A stretch of 64,000 bases of DNA from an uncultured Acidobacteriota bacterium. Its GTDB lineage: Bacteria > Acidobacteriota > Thermoanaerobaculia > UBA5066. Position numbers and translations under genes: made by a program. The DNA lies in the NCBI GenBank assembly GCA_963779415.1, contig CAVZYA010000002.1, forward strand, positions 128,001 to 192,000, given 5' to 3'. Positions 54,843-64,000 of this stretch are shown here, piece by piece (within the stretch, counting starts at the first letter, position 1; every line of letters starts with the position of its first letter). The notes below the pieces were generated by a model, which made no database searches, was not told where the DNA came from, and worked only from the letters and a program-made list of their open reading frames with translations.

Positions 54843-54884
54843 ACGCTCGATCGGACCGCGGAGGATACCAGAAGGGAGGGGGCC

Positions 54885-54913
54885 TTGACTTCTGCTTCCG
54901 GCGGACCTAGCGT
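54885..54913 (+). promoter_or_regulatory. Sigma70-type promoter, divergent from tRNA promoter
   Basis: TTGACT-17 nt-TAGCGT; minus strand has TGGTATCCT extended -10 upstream of tRNA-His. Confidence 0.55.
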
Positions 54914-54988
54914 ATTCACAGGGAATTCGGGAGACCTTTCAGGGGCCTCGTAAGTCGCGCCGCCTCACATCAAAAAAGGAAGGGCGCT

Positions 54989-55366
54989 ATGAAGCTGCGT
55001 CGCCGTTTTTCGGTTCTGGCTCTCGCAATCGCCACTCTGTTCGTCTTCTCGGCACCGCCGCTGGACGCCGGTATCCTCGCCTACGGCGCCCCTGAGATAC
55101 AGGCGCAGGCTGGAGCTCCCGTCAAGGCATACCTCGCCTACTTCACGACGACCCGGAGAACCACGAAAGCCGAGGAGATCGTCGTCACGATCGACTGGGG
55201 TGACGGGACGACCACCCAGGGCGGTTGCCTGGATGACCACAGCGGCCGGTTCTGGGTCTACGGAGACCATTCCTATGCCGATTCGGGGGTCTACAAGGTA
55301 AAGGTCCAGATCTTCGACACGATCATGGGATTCGGGACGAAGGACATCCACGCCGGCGTCATGTAG
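54989..55366 (+). CDS. Secreted single PKD/Ig-like domain protein
   Basis: Signal peptide, IDWGDG, HSYADSGVYKVKV. Confidence 0.75.
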   Translation: MKLRRRFSVLALAIATLFVFSAPPLDAGILAYGAPEIQAQAGAPVKAYLAYFTTTRRTTKAEEIVVTIDWGDGTTTQGGCLDDHSGRFWVYGDHSYADSGVYKVKVQIFDTIMGFGTKDIHAGVM

Positions 55367-55389
55367 GAAAGAGGGACCACGGCCCTCGG

Positions 55390-56691
55390 TCAGGCGCGCC
55401 TCGAAAGGGCGCGCGCGAGGACCCGGCCGAGCCGCCGGATCCCTTCCTCGATGACATCCGGCGGCGCGTAGGAGAAGTTCAGCCTCATCGACTCGTGCGC
55501 TCCCCCCGCCGGGTGAAAGGGGGCGCCCGGAACGAAGGCGACCTTCTCGGAGAGAGCCTCTTTCAGGACCTCCGCCATGTCGGTCCCTCTCGGCGCCGTC
55601 GCCCATAGGAAGAGCCCTCCCTTCGGCCGGGTCCAGCGGACGCCGGGAGGGAAATGCCGGTCGAGGGCCGTGAGCATGGCGTCACGCCTCGCGCCGTAGA
55701 CGGCGCGAAGCCGCTTCACGTGCTGGTCGAGGAATCCTCCACGAGCCACCTCGTACGCGACGTGCTGGCAGAACGTGCTCGTGTGGAGGTCCGCCGCCTG
55801 TTTGATCTGGACGAGCTTCCGCACGACCGCCTCGGGCGCGACGACCCACGCGATCCGGAGGCCCGGCGCGAGGGTCTTCGAGAGCGTCGAGAGATAGATG
55901 ACGTTCCCGCTGAAGGCCCGCTCGCCCCCCGCGCAGCCCCGGAACTCCGCGTCGAGCGCCACGAGCGGCCGGATGTGATCCCCTTCGTATCGGAGCTGGC
56001 CGTAAGGGTCGTCCTCCACGATCGGCGTGCCGTAATGGTTCGCCAGCTCCACGAGGCGCCGGCGCCGGTCGAGCGAGAGGGTCGTCCCGCCCGGGTTCTG
56101 GAAGTTCGGCAGAACGTAGAGGAACTTCGGGCCGGCGCGGAGCTTCTCCTCGAGGCGGTCGACGATGAGGCCGTCGTCGTCCGTCGGGACCGAAAGGAAG
56201 TCCGCTTCTTCCGCCCCGAAAGCCTGAAGCGCCCCGAGGTACGTCGGCTCCTCGCAGAGGACGCGATCGCCCGGGTTGAGAAAGAGGCGCGCGATCAGGT
56301 CGAGAGCCTGTTGCGACCCCGTCGTCACGAGGACGTTCTCCACCCCGACGCGGATCCCGTAGCGGGCCATGTGGCGGACGAAGAGGTCGCGGAGCGGCGT
56401 CAGTCCTTCCGTCGTCCCGTACTGAAAAGCCCCCTCCGCCCCGCTCGTCGCGATCCGCCCGACGGCTGCCGCGATCTCCGCCCGGGGAAAAAGCTCCCCG
56501 GCCGGGAGCCCTCCGGCGAAGGAGATCACGTCCGGGGCCTCGGTCAGCTTGAGAAGCTCGCGGATGACCGAGCTCGTCATCCCGTGCGTTCGCCGGGAAT
56601 AGCGCTCTTCCCACGGCGTCGTCGCCGGGACCTCACGGGAGGAGTCGGTCCGGACGGTTGACGAGAGAGGCGGCGCGACGATCGGGACCAT
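55390..56691 (-). CDS. PLP-dependent aminotransferase class I/II (LysN-like)
   Basis: SVIRELLK, ISFAGGLP, QYG.TEG, NFQNPGG, EDDPYG, STLSKTLAPGLR, GGLFLW, RLNFS. Confidence 0.9.
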   Translation of the reverse strand: MVPIVAPPLSSTVRTDSSREVPATTPWEERYSRRTHGMTSSVIRELLKLTEAPDVISFAGGLPAGELFPRAEIAAAVGRIATSGAEGAFQYGTTEGLTPLRDLFVRHMARYGIRVGVENVLVTTGSQQALDLIARLFLNPGDRVLCEEPTYLGALQAFGAEEADFLSVPTDDDGLIVDRLEEKLRAGPKFLYVLPNFQNPGGTTLSLDRRRRLVELANHYGTPIVEDDPYGQLRYEGDHIRPLVALDAEFRGCAGGERAFSGNVIYLSTLSKTLAPGLRIAWVVAPEAVVRKLVQIKQAADLHTSTFCQHVAYEVARGGFLDQHVKRLRAVYGARRDAMLTALDRHFPPGVRWTRPKGGLFLWATAPRGTDMAEVLKEALSEKVAFVPGAPFHPAGGAHESMRLNFSYAPPDVIEEGIRRLGRVLARALSRRA

Positions 56692-56815
56692 CAGGTCCTC
56701 CCCGGGGAGAGATCCCCTTTCACACGTATCGCACCGGAAGGGCCAGGGCGCCATGAGGCAAAGATCCCAGGCCCCGGTTTTCGCCCGGAGCCGTCTCCCC
56801 TCAGAATGTTCCGCC

Positions 56816-57601
56816 ATGACCGACGAACCGGAACGGGGGGACGTCTGGGTCCTCGAGGGGCCGGGAGGGGGCGACTCCGCCTTCCCAAGGCTCTCCCCCG
56901 CTTCTCTCTTCGAGCTTCTGCAGACGGCCGCCGCCGAGCATGCCGAGGCTCTCGGCGTCGGCGGGGACTCCCTGCGGGAGCAGCGCCTCGCGTGGGTTCT
57001 CGTCCAGTGGTCCCTCGAGATGGCGTCGTGGCCCGACGCCGGAGAGGCCCTCCGGATCGAGACGTGGCCGTCCGGCTATACGGATCGGATCGTCCGCCGG
57101 GACTTCTTCGTCCGCTCCTCCGGCGCAACGCCGATCGGCCGCGCCACGAGCCACTGGGCGATGATCGATCTCGACCGGCGCCGTCCCGTCCGGATGCCCG
57201 AGGCCGTCCGGACCATTCGGACGCCGGTGCGTCCCGGCGCGCTCGACGCGCCCCTCGCGAAGTTCCCGGCGCCGGACCCGCCGGTTTTCGTCCGGACCTT
57301 CCGCGTCTCCGGCGAGCACCTCGACGCGAACGGCCACGTGAACAACGTCCGCTTCGTGGAGTGGGTCCTCGCTTCCGTTCCGGCCGAGGCTGCCGCGCGC
57401 CCGCTCGCCGGCGTCGACCTCTCCTTCCGAGCCGAGGGACGTGAGGGGGAGACGCTGACGGTCGCGTGCGGCCCCGATCCCGCGCCCCCGCCCGGCCGTC
57501 TCGCCTTCCGTCACCGCATCGCGGCCGGTACGCGGGAGCTTCTCCTCGCACGGAGCGTCGCGCTCGCGGACAACGCCCCTGCCGGAATTGATCGTTTGTA
57601 G
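56816..57601 (+). CDS. Acyl-ACP thioesterase family protein
   Basis: LQ.AA.EHA, WVL, IETW, RDF, W.MID..RRP.R, LDANGHVNNVRF. Confidence 0.85.
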   Translation: MTDEPERGDVWVLEGPGGGDSAFPRLSPASLFELLQTAAAEHAEALGVGGDSLREQRLAWVLVQWSLEMASWPDAGEALRIETWPSGYTDRIVRRDFFVRSSGATPIGRATSHWAMIDLDRRRPVRMPEAVRTIRTPVRPGALDAPLAKFPAPDPPVFVRTFRVSGEHLDANGHVNNVRFVEWVLASVPAEAAARPLAGVDLSFRAEGREGETLTVACGPDPAPPPGRLAFRHRIAAGTRELLLARSVALADNAPAGIDRL

Positions 57602-57720
57602 ATATATAACCGAAAAACGATCCCACGGTGACCGGCGTCACGGGCGCGCGGGTGGGATCCGAGTGCCCGTTCCCCACTTCGCACGAAGACGGCGGCTCCC
57701 GACGAGCCGCGGGAGGGTGT

Positions 57721-59880
57721 ATGGGTCGACGTGTATTCGCCGGTGTCGCGCTCCTTGTCGTGACGGTGGCCATGTCCGCGCTTGTTCTCGGCCTCGCGGG
57801 CGCCGCAGGAGGGACCGGCTGGACCGTCGTCGGCTGGAACAATCTCGGGATGCACTGCATGGACGCCGATTTCAGCGTCTTCGCGATCCTCCCCCCCTAC
57901 AACACGATCCAGGCCCAGGTGATGGATCCGACGGGGGCGCTCCTCACGAGCGCGTCTGGCGTCACGGTGACGTACGAGGGGATCGCCGACTCGACGGGAT
58001 CGATCAACACGACGTCCGCCGAAAAGACGAACTTCTGGGACCACGTCCATGATCTCTTCGGCGTCACGCTCGGGGTCAACGCCGGCCTGAAGGGAAAGAA
58101 CATGCCGGGGGCCGGGAACCCGTCCCAGCCGATGACGTTCGACCCGGCGCTGAACTGGTTCATCGCCGAGGGAATTCCGATCACGCCCTATGACGACGCG
58201 GGGAACAAGAATACCTACCCCCTCATGCGGGTGAAGGCGCGCAACGCCTCGGGAGCGCTCCTCGCCTCGACCGACATTGTCCTTCCCGTTTCCGACGAGA
58301 TGGACTGCACGGCGTGCCACGCTTCCGGCAGCGTCGCTGCGGCGAAGCCGTCGTCGGGATGGGTCTTCGACCCGAATCCCCAGCGCGATTACCGGCTCAA
58401 CATCCTCAGGCTCCACGACGACCGGAACCTCGGCAATCCGGTCTACCTCGCGGCCCTGATCGCCGCCGGATACAACGGCGCGGGGCTCTATCAAACCGTC
58501 ACCGTCGACAACAAGGCCGTCCTCTGCGCGAACTGTCATCTCTCCGAGGCCCTGGCCGGCTCCGGTCGCCCCGGAATCTCGGCGCTCACGCGCGCCGTGC
58601 ACACCCGCCACTCGGGCGTCATCGACCCGACGAACGGCCTGCCGCTCGACAGCACCCTGAACCGTTCGGCCTGCTACCGCTGCCACCCCGGCTCGACGAC
58701 GCGCTGCCTCCGCGGCGTCATGGGCGCGGCAGTCGCGGCGGACGGCTCGCTGGAGATGCAGTGCCAGAGCTGTCACGGCCTGATGTCGGCCGTCGGCTCC
58801 CCGTCGCGGACCGGATGGCTGGACGAGCCCTCCTGCGGCAATTGCCACACGGGGACGGCCGTCGTTAACAGCGGCCAGATCCGCTATACGTCCGCGCTCA
58901 CCTCCGGGGGAACCCGCCGCGTCCCGGCCGATCCGACGTTCACGACGAACGCGAACACGCCCGCGGCCGGCTTCTCTCTCTACCGCTTCTCGAAGGGACA
59001 CGGCGGCCTCCAGTGCTCCGCCTGCCACGGCTCGACGCACGCCGAGTACCCCGCCGCCCACCCGAACGACAATCTCCAGTCCCTCGCCCTGCAGGGACAC
59101 GTCGGGACGATCGGGGAGTGCGCCACGTGCCACAACGCGAGCCCCCAAACGACGAACGGCGGCCCGCACGGAATGCACCCCGTAGGCGCCGCCTGGGTCT
59201 CCGCTCACGCGGACGCCGCCGAAGGCGGCCGCACGGCCTGTAAGGCCTGCCACGGCACCGACTACCGGGGCACCGTCCTCTCCCGCGCCTTCGCAATCCG
59301 GACGCTCTCCACCCGGTACGGAACGAAGTCGCTCTGGCGCGGCTTCACCGTCAGCTGCTACCTCTGCCACAACGGGCCGGGGGGCGAGGGGACCAGCCCG
59401 AACCATCCGCCGGTCGTGACGAATCTCGCCGTGACGGCGGCACCGAACGTCCCGAAGGCGATCGCCCTCTCGGCGACGGACGCGGACGGCGACCCGTTGA
59501 CCCTCCGGATCGTGAATCAGCCAGCGAGCGGAAGTTCGGGCCTCGCCGGAATGACGGCGACGTACCATCCTCCCGCCGGTTTCACGGGGATCGACACCTT
59601 CACCTACGCGGCGTGGGATGGTTCATCCGACTCGAATCTCGGCACAGTGACCGTGACGGTCGGCAGCCCGCCGGGACCGACGCCGACGCCGACACCGGTA
59701 GCGACGAGGACGCCGACGCCCGGACCGACCGCGAGCCCCACCCGGACGCCAACACCCGGGCCGACGGCTACTCCCACCCGCACTCCGACGCCCGCCCCCA
59801 CGGCCACGAGGACCCCCAGGCCGACGCGGACGCCGACGGTCACGCCGACACCGACCCCGACGCACCGCCGCGACGACTGA
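57721..59880 (+). CDS. Secreted nine-haem cytochrome c with Ig-like domain and Pro/Thr tail
   Basis: Signal peptide, WNNLGMHC N-domain, nine CxxCH (CTACH, CANCH, CYRCH, CQSCH, CGNCH, CSACH, CATCH, CKACH, CYLCH), [10 protein letters not shown]...F.G.DTFTY Ig-like domain. Confidence 0.88.
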   Translation: MGRRVFAGVALLVVTVAMSALVLGLAGAAGGTGWTVVGWNNLGMHCMDADFSVFAILPPYNTIQAQVMDPTGALLTSASGVTVTYEGIADSTGSINTTSAEKTNFWDHVHDLFGVTLGVNAGLKGKNMPGAGNPSQPMTFDPALNWFIAEGIPITPYDDAGNKNTYPLMRVKARNASGALLASTDIVLPVSDEMDCTACHASGSVAAAKPSSGWVFDPNPQRDYRLNILRLHDDRNLGNPVYLAALIAAGYNGAGLYQTVTVDNKAVLCANCHLSEALAGSGRPGISALTRAVHTRHSGVIDPTNGLPLDSTLNRSACYRCHPGSTTRCLRGVMGAAVAADGSLEMQCQSCHGLMSAVGSPSRTGWLDEPSCGNCHTGTAVVNSGQIRYTSALTSGGTRRVPADPTFTTNANTPAAGFSLYRFSKGHGGLQCSACHGSTHAEYPAAHPNDNLQSLALQGHVGTIGECATCHNASPQTTNGGPHGMHPVGAAWVSAHADAAEGGRTACKACHGTDYRGTVLSRAFAIRTLSTRYGTKSLWRGFTVSCYLCHNGPGGEGTSPNHPPVVTNLAVTAAPNVPKAIALSATDADGDPLTLRIVNQPASGSSGLAGMTATYHPPAGFTGIDTFTYAAWDGSSDSNLGTVTVTVGSPPGPTPTPTPVATRTPTPGPTASPTRTPTPGPTATPTRTPTPAPTATRTPRPTRTPTVTPTPTPTHRRDD
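59672..59862 (+). repeat. Coding low-complexity Pro/Thr repeat ([11 protein letters not shown] units)
   Basis: C-terminal tail of the cytochrome. Confidence 0.7.
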
Positions 59881-59937
59881 GGCTGATCCTTCTCCCCCGG
59901 GCTTCCCCGCCCGGGCGGCCTGGCCGGGCCCGTGAGG

Positions 59938-60861
59938 TCAGACCGCTCGGGCTTCCATGAGAATGCGCTCGATCTCGGCGTCCTTGGCTTCCCAGATTCT
60001 CCGGACGTCAGCCTGGATACGTTCGCGGAAGGCGGCATCCTCCTGGTAGTCACCCGTGAACCAGTCGGGCGGGATCGGAATCTCGCGGGCGCGTACGACG
60101 ACCCGAGGAACGCCACGCGAGAGCAGGTCCCAGACGGTCGGCCGGCCGCCGGGGTAAACGATCGTCACGTCGAGAAGCGAGCGGAGTGTCGGACCCATCG
60201 CCGTCGCCGTGAAGGCGACGCCCCCCGTTTTCGGCGGGAGGAGGTGGCGGAAAACGTTCCCGGACCGCGCCTGCTTCTCGGGAGTGAAGCGGGTTCCTTC
60301 GGCGAAATTCAGGATGGAGACCGGAACGTCCCGGAAGCGCTCGCACGCCCGACGCGTCGTCTCGAGATCCTCCCGGCGCTTCTCCGGGTGCTTCTCGAGG
60401 AACTCCTTCGAATGCCGCTTCATGAACGGGAAGTCGAGGGCCCACCAGGCCGCCCCGAGGACCGGCACCCAGATCAGTTGTTGCTTGAGGAAGAAGCGAA
60501 GGAACGGGATCCGGCCGAGGAAGACCCGCTGGAGGACCGGGATGTCGACCCCGGACTGGTGGTTGGGAACGACGAGATAGGACGCGTCGCGCCGGAGGGA
60601 CGAGGGCAGCTCGACCTCCCAGCGCGTCGGCTGTGTGATCGCGAGCCCCCACGAGTTCACGGCGATCCACGACTCGCCGATGGCGACGAGCCCTCGCGAG
60701 GAGAGCCGCCGCCAGGCCGGAACGGGGACGACGAGCTTCGCGAGCGTCAAGGCGAAGAGAAGCGCACACCAGAAGAGCGTATTCAAGACGAAGAGGAGAA
60801 ACGTCAGCGACCCGACGAGAAGGCGGACGGGCGCTGGGGCGGGGCGGTACCCGGCGGACAC
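59938..60861 (-). CDS. Acyltransferase, YihG/PlsC-like
   Basis: NHQSGVD, FFLKQQL.WVP, FPFMKR, FAEGTRFT, LLPPK.GG, DVTIVY. Confidence 0.88.
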   Translation of the reverse strand: MSAGYRPAPAPVRLLVGSLTFLLFVLNTLFWCALLFALTLAKLVVPVPAWRRLSSRGLVAIGESWIAVNSWGLAITQPTRWEVELPSSLRRDASYLVVPNHQSGVDIPVLQRVFLGRIPFLRFFLKQQLIWVPVLGAAWWALDFPFMKRHSKEFLEKHPEKRREDLETTRRACERFRDVPVSILNFAEGTRFTPEKQARSGNVFRHLLPPKTGGVAFTATAMGPTLRSLLDVTIVYPGGRPTVWDLLSRGVPRVVVRAREIPIPPDWFTGDYQEDAAFRERIQADVRRIWEAKDAEIERILMEARAV

Positions 60862-60906
60862 TGCTCGCCAATCCTATCGAGATTCCCCTTCTATACTGAC
60901 CTGAGA

Positions 60907-61497
60907 ATGGCGCCCCGCCCTTACCAAAGCCCTCGCCACGGCCACAAGACGCTGCTGCGTCCGGCGCCTCACGTATCCCGAGGGCGACGGCGTTTGGAGG
61001 GTCGCTTCCTCGGGATCGTGGCGCTGTGCTCCGTTTTGGCGACGCTGGCCTGTCAGGACAAGTCGCCGACAGAGCCGGCGGCCGTGGCTCCGACGCCGAC
61101 GTTCACGCCGACGCCGACAGCGGGATCCGCCTACACGCCGACGATCATTCCCGTCACACCTACGGCAACACCCGCGGGATCGCCAACCCCGACCCCGGCG
61201 GTCGGGAGTTCGCCTGCGACGCCGACTCCGACAGCAGCCGCGTCGACGCCGACGCCCGCAGGGTCCCTGACACCGACGCCGGCGATCTCTCCGACCTCGA
61301 CGCCCGCCGGGACGCCGGTTTCGCCCACGGCGACGCCAGCCATCTCACCCACGCCGACCGGGCTCGTTGGTAAGGCGAGCCCCACGCCGACGCCCGCGCC
61401 TTCGGTCACGGGGACGATCGCCCTGACGCCGACCGCGTACACGACGCCGACGGCGGGCGCCCCGGCCACGCCGACCGGCGGTGTCGGGAAAGGCTGA
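60907..61497 (+). CDS. Mucin-like Pro/Thr-rich putative lipoprotein
   Basis: Hydrophobic stretch ending LATLAC lipobox, followed by ~145 aa of P/T/A/S/G repeats and no globular domain; start uncertain. Confidence 0.6.
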   Translation: MAPRPYQSPRHGHKTLLRPAPHVSRGRRRLEGRFLGIVALCSVLATLACQDKSPTEPAAVAPTPTFTPTPTAGSAYTPTIIPVTPTATPAGSPTPTPAVGSSPATPTPTAAASTPTPAGSLTPTPAISPTSTPAGTPVSPTATPAISPTPTGLVGKASPTPTPAPSVTGTIALTPTAYTTPTAGAPATPTGGVGKG

Positions 61498-61511
61498 GCC
61501 GCAGGGTCTCT

Positions 61512-62807
61512 TCAGCCGAGGGCCACGTCGGCTTCGGCCCGGGCGATGAGGGCCCCGAGGTAACGCGACTTCACCTGCTCGCTCGCGAGAGCCCGCTTCA
61601 CGGGCGGGAGCTTCAGGACCGCCCCGAGAACCGCGCCGAGGATCCGGTGGCTCGCGAGCGTCCGGTCGTCGAAGACGAGGTCGGCGAGCTGTCCTCTTTC
61701 GAGCGCCATGACGACCGTCCGGTGAACGGTGTCGAGGGGCGGAATCATCCGGCGCTCGCGCCGGACGAGACGGAGAGCCTTCGGGCGGCAGGTCGGGACG
61801 CAGACGCCGCAGCCGAGGCACGCGCTTTCCTCGAGGCGGACCGTCCGCTTCTTCGGCGCCTTCGGATCGTTCGCCGAGACGAGGCCCATCGCCTCGACCG
61901 GACAGGCGGTCGCGCACTTTCCGCATCCGTCGCAACGCTCGCGGTCGATCCGGGGAATGAAGCCCGTCGTGTGAACCGGCTTGAGAAATCCGAAGCGCCG
62001 CTGAGCGATCAGCGCCTCGCAGCAGCAGCCGCAGCAATTGCAGATGAACGCGGGGCGTTTCTGCACGTTCTCGCCGAACTGGACGAGGCCGCGCCCACGC
62101 GCCGCATGGAGGAGGTCGAGTGTCTCGGCCTCGTCCGCCCGCCGGGCGAAGCCGTGCCGGATGAGCGACGAGGCCGTCGTCCCGAAGGTCATGCAGATCT
62201 CCATCGGGGCGTCGCAGGCGCGGCCGAGATGCTGCATCTTGTGCCGGCAGTAGCAGACACCGACGCCGATGTCCGAGGCCTCGCGGACGACCTCCGACGC
62301 CCTCTCCCAGTCGAGCACTTCGAGCGCGTCCCCGTCTTCGAGCACTTCCTCGTTCACGAAGGTCCGCCCGAGCTGCGTCTCGCCGCGGGTGAAGAGGTCG
62401 CGGACGAACTCTTCCTCGACGTTCAGGTACCGGTAGAAAAGCTCCGCCAGCGCCTTCTGGTCGACGTCGCCGCGGACGCGCATCATCGAGAACTCGAAGA
62501 AGCCGGCCATCGGCGGCGGGAGGACCCAGCGCGTTTCGCCCCCTCGGACCGCGTCGACCAGAAGGGCCCTCCCGGCAAGAGCTTCGAGGATCGGGCGGGC
62601 CTCGTCCGGCGTCATCTTCCACGCCCGCGCGGCCGTCCCGGCGGTGAAGGGCCGGATCGGGAGCCGGGCGACCAGCTCGGCCTCGCGCTCGCTGAAGAGG
62701 ATCCGGAGGATCCGGAAGAGGAGGTCCGCCGGCGGGGCGCCCTGCGGGAACCGGTTCAGGCGGCCGACGAGATCGTGGTAGCCGGAGCGGGCCGTCGCGT
62801 GTGCCAT
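61512..62807 (-). CDS. Uncharacterised multi-Fe-S cluster protein
   Basis: CYCRH, ICNCCGCCC, CDGCGKCATACP, CLGCGVCVPTC. Confidence 0.85.
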   Translation of the reverse strand: MAHATARSGYHDLVGRLNRFPQGAPPADLLFRILRILFSEREAELVARLPIRPFTAGTAARAWKMTPDEARPILEALAGRALLVDAVRGGETRWVLPPPMAGFFEFSMMRVRGDVDQKALAELFYRYLNVEEEFVRDLFTRGETQLGRTFVNEEVLEDGDALEVLDWERASEVVREASDIGVGVCYCRHKMQHLGRACDAPMEICMTFGTTASSLIRHGFARRADEAETLDLLHAARGRGLVQFGENVQKRPAFICNCCGCCCEALIAQRRFGFLKPVHTTGFIPRIDRERCDGCGKCATACPVEAMGLVSANDPKAPKKRTVRLEESACLGCGVCVPTCRPKALRLVRRERRMIPPLDTVHRTVVMALERGQLADLVFDDRTLASHRILGAVLGAVLKLPPVKRALASEQVKSRYLGALIARAEADVALG

Positions 62808-62940
62808 GAAGCCCTCGGGTGCCCCCCCGGATCGTACCTCCGGCCGCACCACGATCGCCCTGCCTCGGGAACCCGGCCGACGTCGCCGACGGAGGGGGCT
62901 TCCTCTGCTATCTTTCCGTTCGAACATCGAGGAAGACGGC

Positions 62941-63525
62941 ATGATCACGAAACTGCTCGACGGGAACCGTCATTTCGTCAAGGAGACGTTCGAGAAGGAT
63001 CGCGAATTCTTCGCGTCCCTCGCCAAACGCCAGAGGCCGACCGTTCTCTGGATCGGCTGCTCCGACTCGCGCCTCACGGTCAGCACGATCACGAACACGC
63101 GGCCCGGCGAGGTCTTCGTCCACCGGAACATCGCGAACATTGTCGCGACGAACGACTGGAACCTGAGCGCCGTTCTCGAGTTCACGATCAACCACCTCCA
63201 GATACCCGACGTCGTCATCTGCGGCCATTACAACTGCGGCGGGATCGCGGCGCTCGACCGGGGCGACAGCGAGGACAGGTACATCCCGATCTGGCTCATC
63301 AACGCCTCCGCCGCCATGAAGCGCGTCGACGAGAAGATCGAGGCGCTCCACACGGAGCTGGAGCCGGGACAGCGGCTCCGGCTGATCGTGGAGGAGAACG
63401 TCCGGCTCCAGCTCGAGCACCTGAGCGAGTACCCGTTCGTCAAGCGCGCCTGTGACGCCGGGAAGCTGACGCTACACGGCTGGGTCTACGACATGGGGAC
63501 GGGAGAGATCAGGATCCTGGCGTGA
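62941..63525 (+). CDS. Beta-class carbonic anhydrase
   Basis: WIGCSDSR, GEVFVHRNIAN, GHYNCGG, HGWVYD. Confidence 0.92.
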   Translation: MITKLLDGNRHFVKETFEKDREFFASLAKRQRPTVLWIGCSDSRLTVSTITNTRPGEVFVHRNIANIVATNDWNLSAVLEFTINHLQIPDVVICGHYNCGGIAALDRGDSEDRYIPIWLINASAAMKRVDEKIEALHTELEPGQRLRLIVEENVRLQLEHLSEYPFVKRACDAGKLTLHGWVYDMGTGEIRILA

Positions 63526-64000
63526 CGGGGCGGACCACGAGGCGGAACTCGTCGCCCCCCGGTCGAAGGACGCGGAGCGCGACCGGCTTTCCGTCGACCC
63601 GCTCGAACGTGACGAAGACTCCAAGGACGCCGGCGACCTGAAACGCATCGGCCGAGACCGGCACGAGAACCAGGCTCGGCTCGCCCGGAAACTCGATCCG
63701 GAGCTTTCCCTTCGCCTCGGTCACGCGCGCCTCGATCGGACGGCTCTCTCCCGCGTAGCGCCCGATGAATCGAGCCCGTTCCGCCTCGGCCATCGGAACG
63801 GCCTTCCGGATGGGGGAGATAAGGGTGAACGGAGGGCGGAGGATCTTCGAGAGGCACGAGACGTCCAGCTCCTTCGCGCTTCCCTTTTCGAGGAACTCAC
63901 CGACGAGCGCTTCGAGGCAGCTCGCTTCCTCGAGCCCCTCGTGCCCGTGAGCCCCGTGCGGGACGACCAGCACGCGGCCGTTCGGGAGCGTCCGCGCCGC
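63509..64000 (-). CDS. C-terminus of alpha/beta hydrolase (TAP-like) with extra beta domain; partial
   Basis: LVVPHGAHG...SC....V.EFL..G....LDVSCL; open at window edge. Confidence 0.6.
   Translation of the reverse strand, partial: AARTLPNGRVLVVPHGAHGHEGLEEASCLEALVGEFLEKGSAKELDVSCLSKILRPPFTLISPIRKAVPMAEAERARFIGRYAGESRPIEARVTEAKGKLRIEFPGEPSLVLVPVSADAFQVAGVLGVFVTFERVDGKPVALRVLRPGGDEFRLVVRPVTPGS

Noticed and set aside
54669-55366. tRNA-anchored genomic island or prophage
   Set aside because: No integrase and no duplicated tRNA 3' end found in the window.
59672-61490. Tandem ACGCCG-type repeats as CRISPR or VNTR
   Set aside because: They are codons of Pro/Thr-rich protein tracts; no repeat-spacer periodicity and no cas genes in the window.

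Overview
High-GC bacterial chromosomal segment. MreB N-terminus and gene content suggest Acidobacteriota, probably Thermoanaerobaculia-like (inference only). Left arm is mostly housekeeping: partial S46 peptidase, nadC-nadB, lipid kinase, ruvAB, ppiD, a FecR/Ig-domain membrane protein, mreBCD-mrdA-rodA-rng. It is interrupted by integron-type gene cassettes with no integrase in the window: a solo cassette at ~3.2-3.75 kb and a decaying attC array at ~17.3-19.2 kb. Next come a TPP-riboswitch-controlled TonB receptor, PPK2, and a ~23 kb co-directional island. The island carries aspA, a dirigent-like secreted protein, DASS and AspT transporters, periplasmic asparaginase, DcaP porin, secreted glutaminase, OprO/P porin, two complete RND pumps and an isochorismatase-family gene. 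Immediately after it is a candidate sigma54-driven ~50-nt anti-SD small RNA. The right arm holds a GYF_2-PrsW-like pseudo-protease, a c-di-GMP operon (GGDEF-PilZ, histidine kinase, receiver, EAL), ferredoxin, malic enzyme, an ArgB/NAT-like gene, tRNA-Arg(CCG) and tRNA-His(GTG). It ends with an aminotransferase, a thioesterase, a nine-haem secreted cytochrome c, a Pro/Thr-rich lipoprotein, an Fe-S protein and a carbonic anhydrase. At least seven genes carry small frameshifts, most likely long-read consensus errors.
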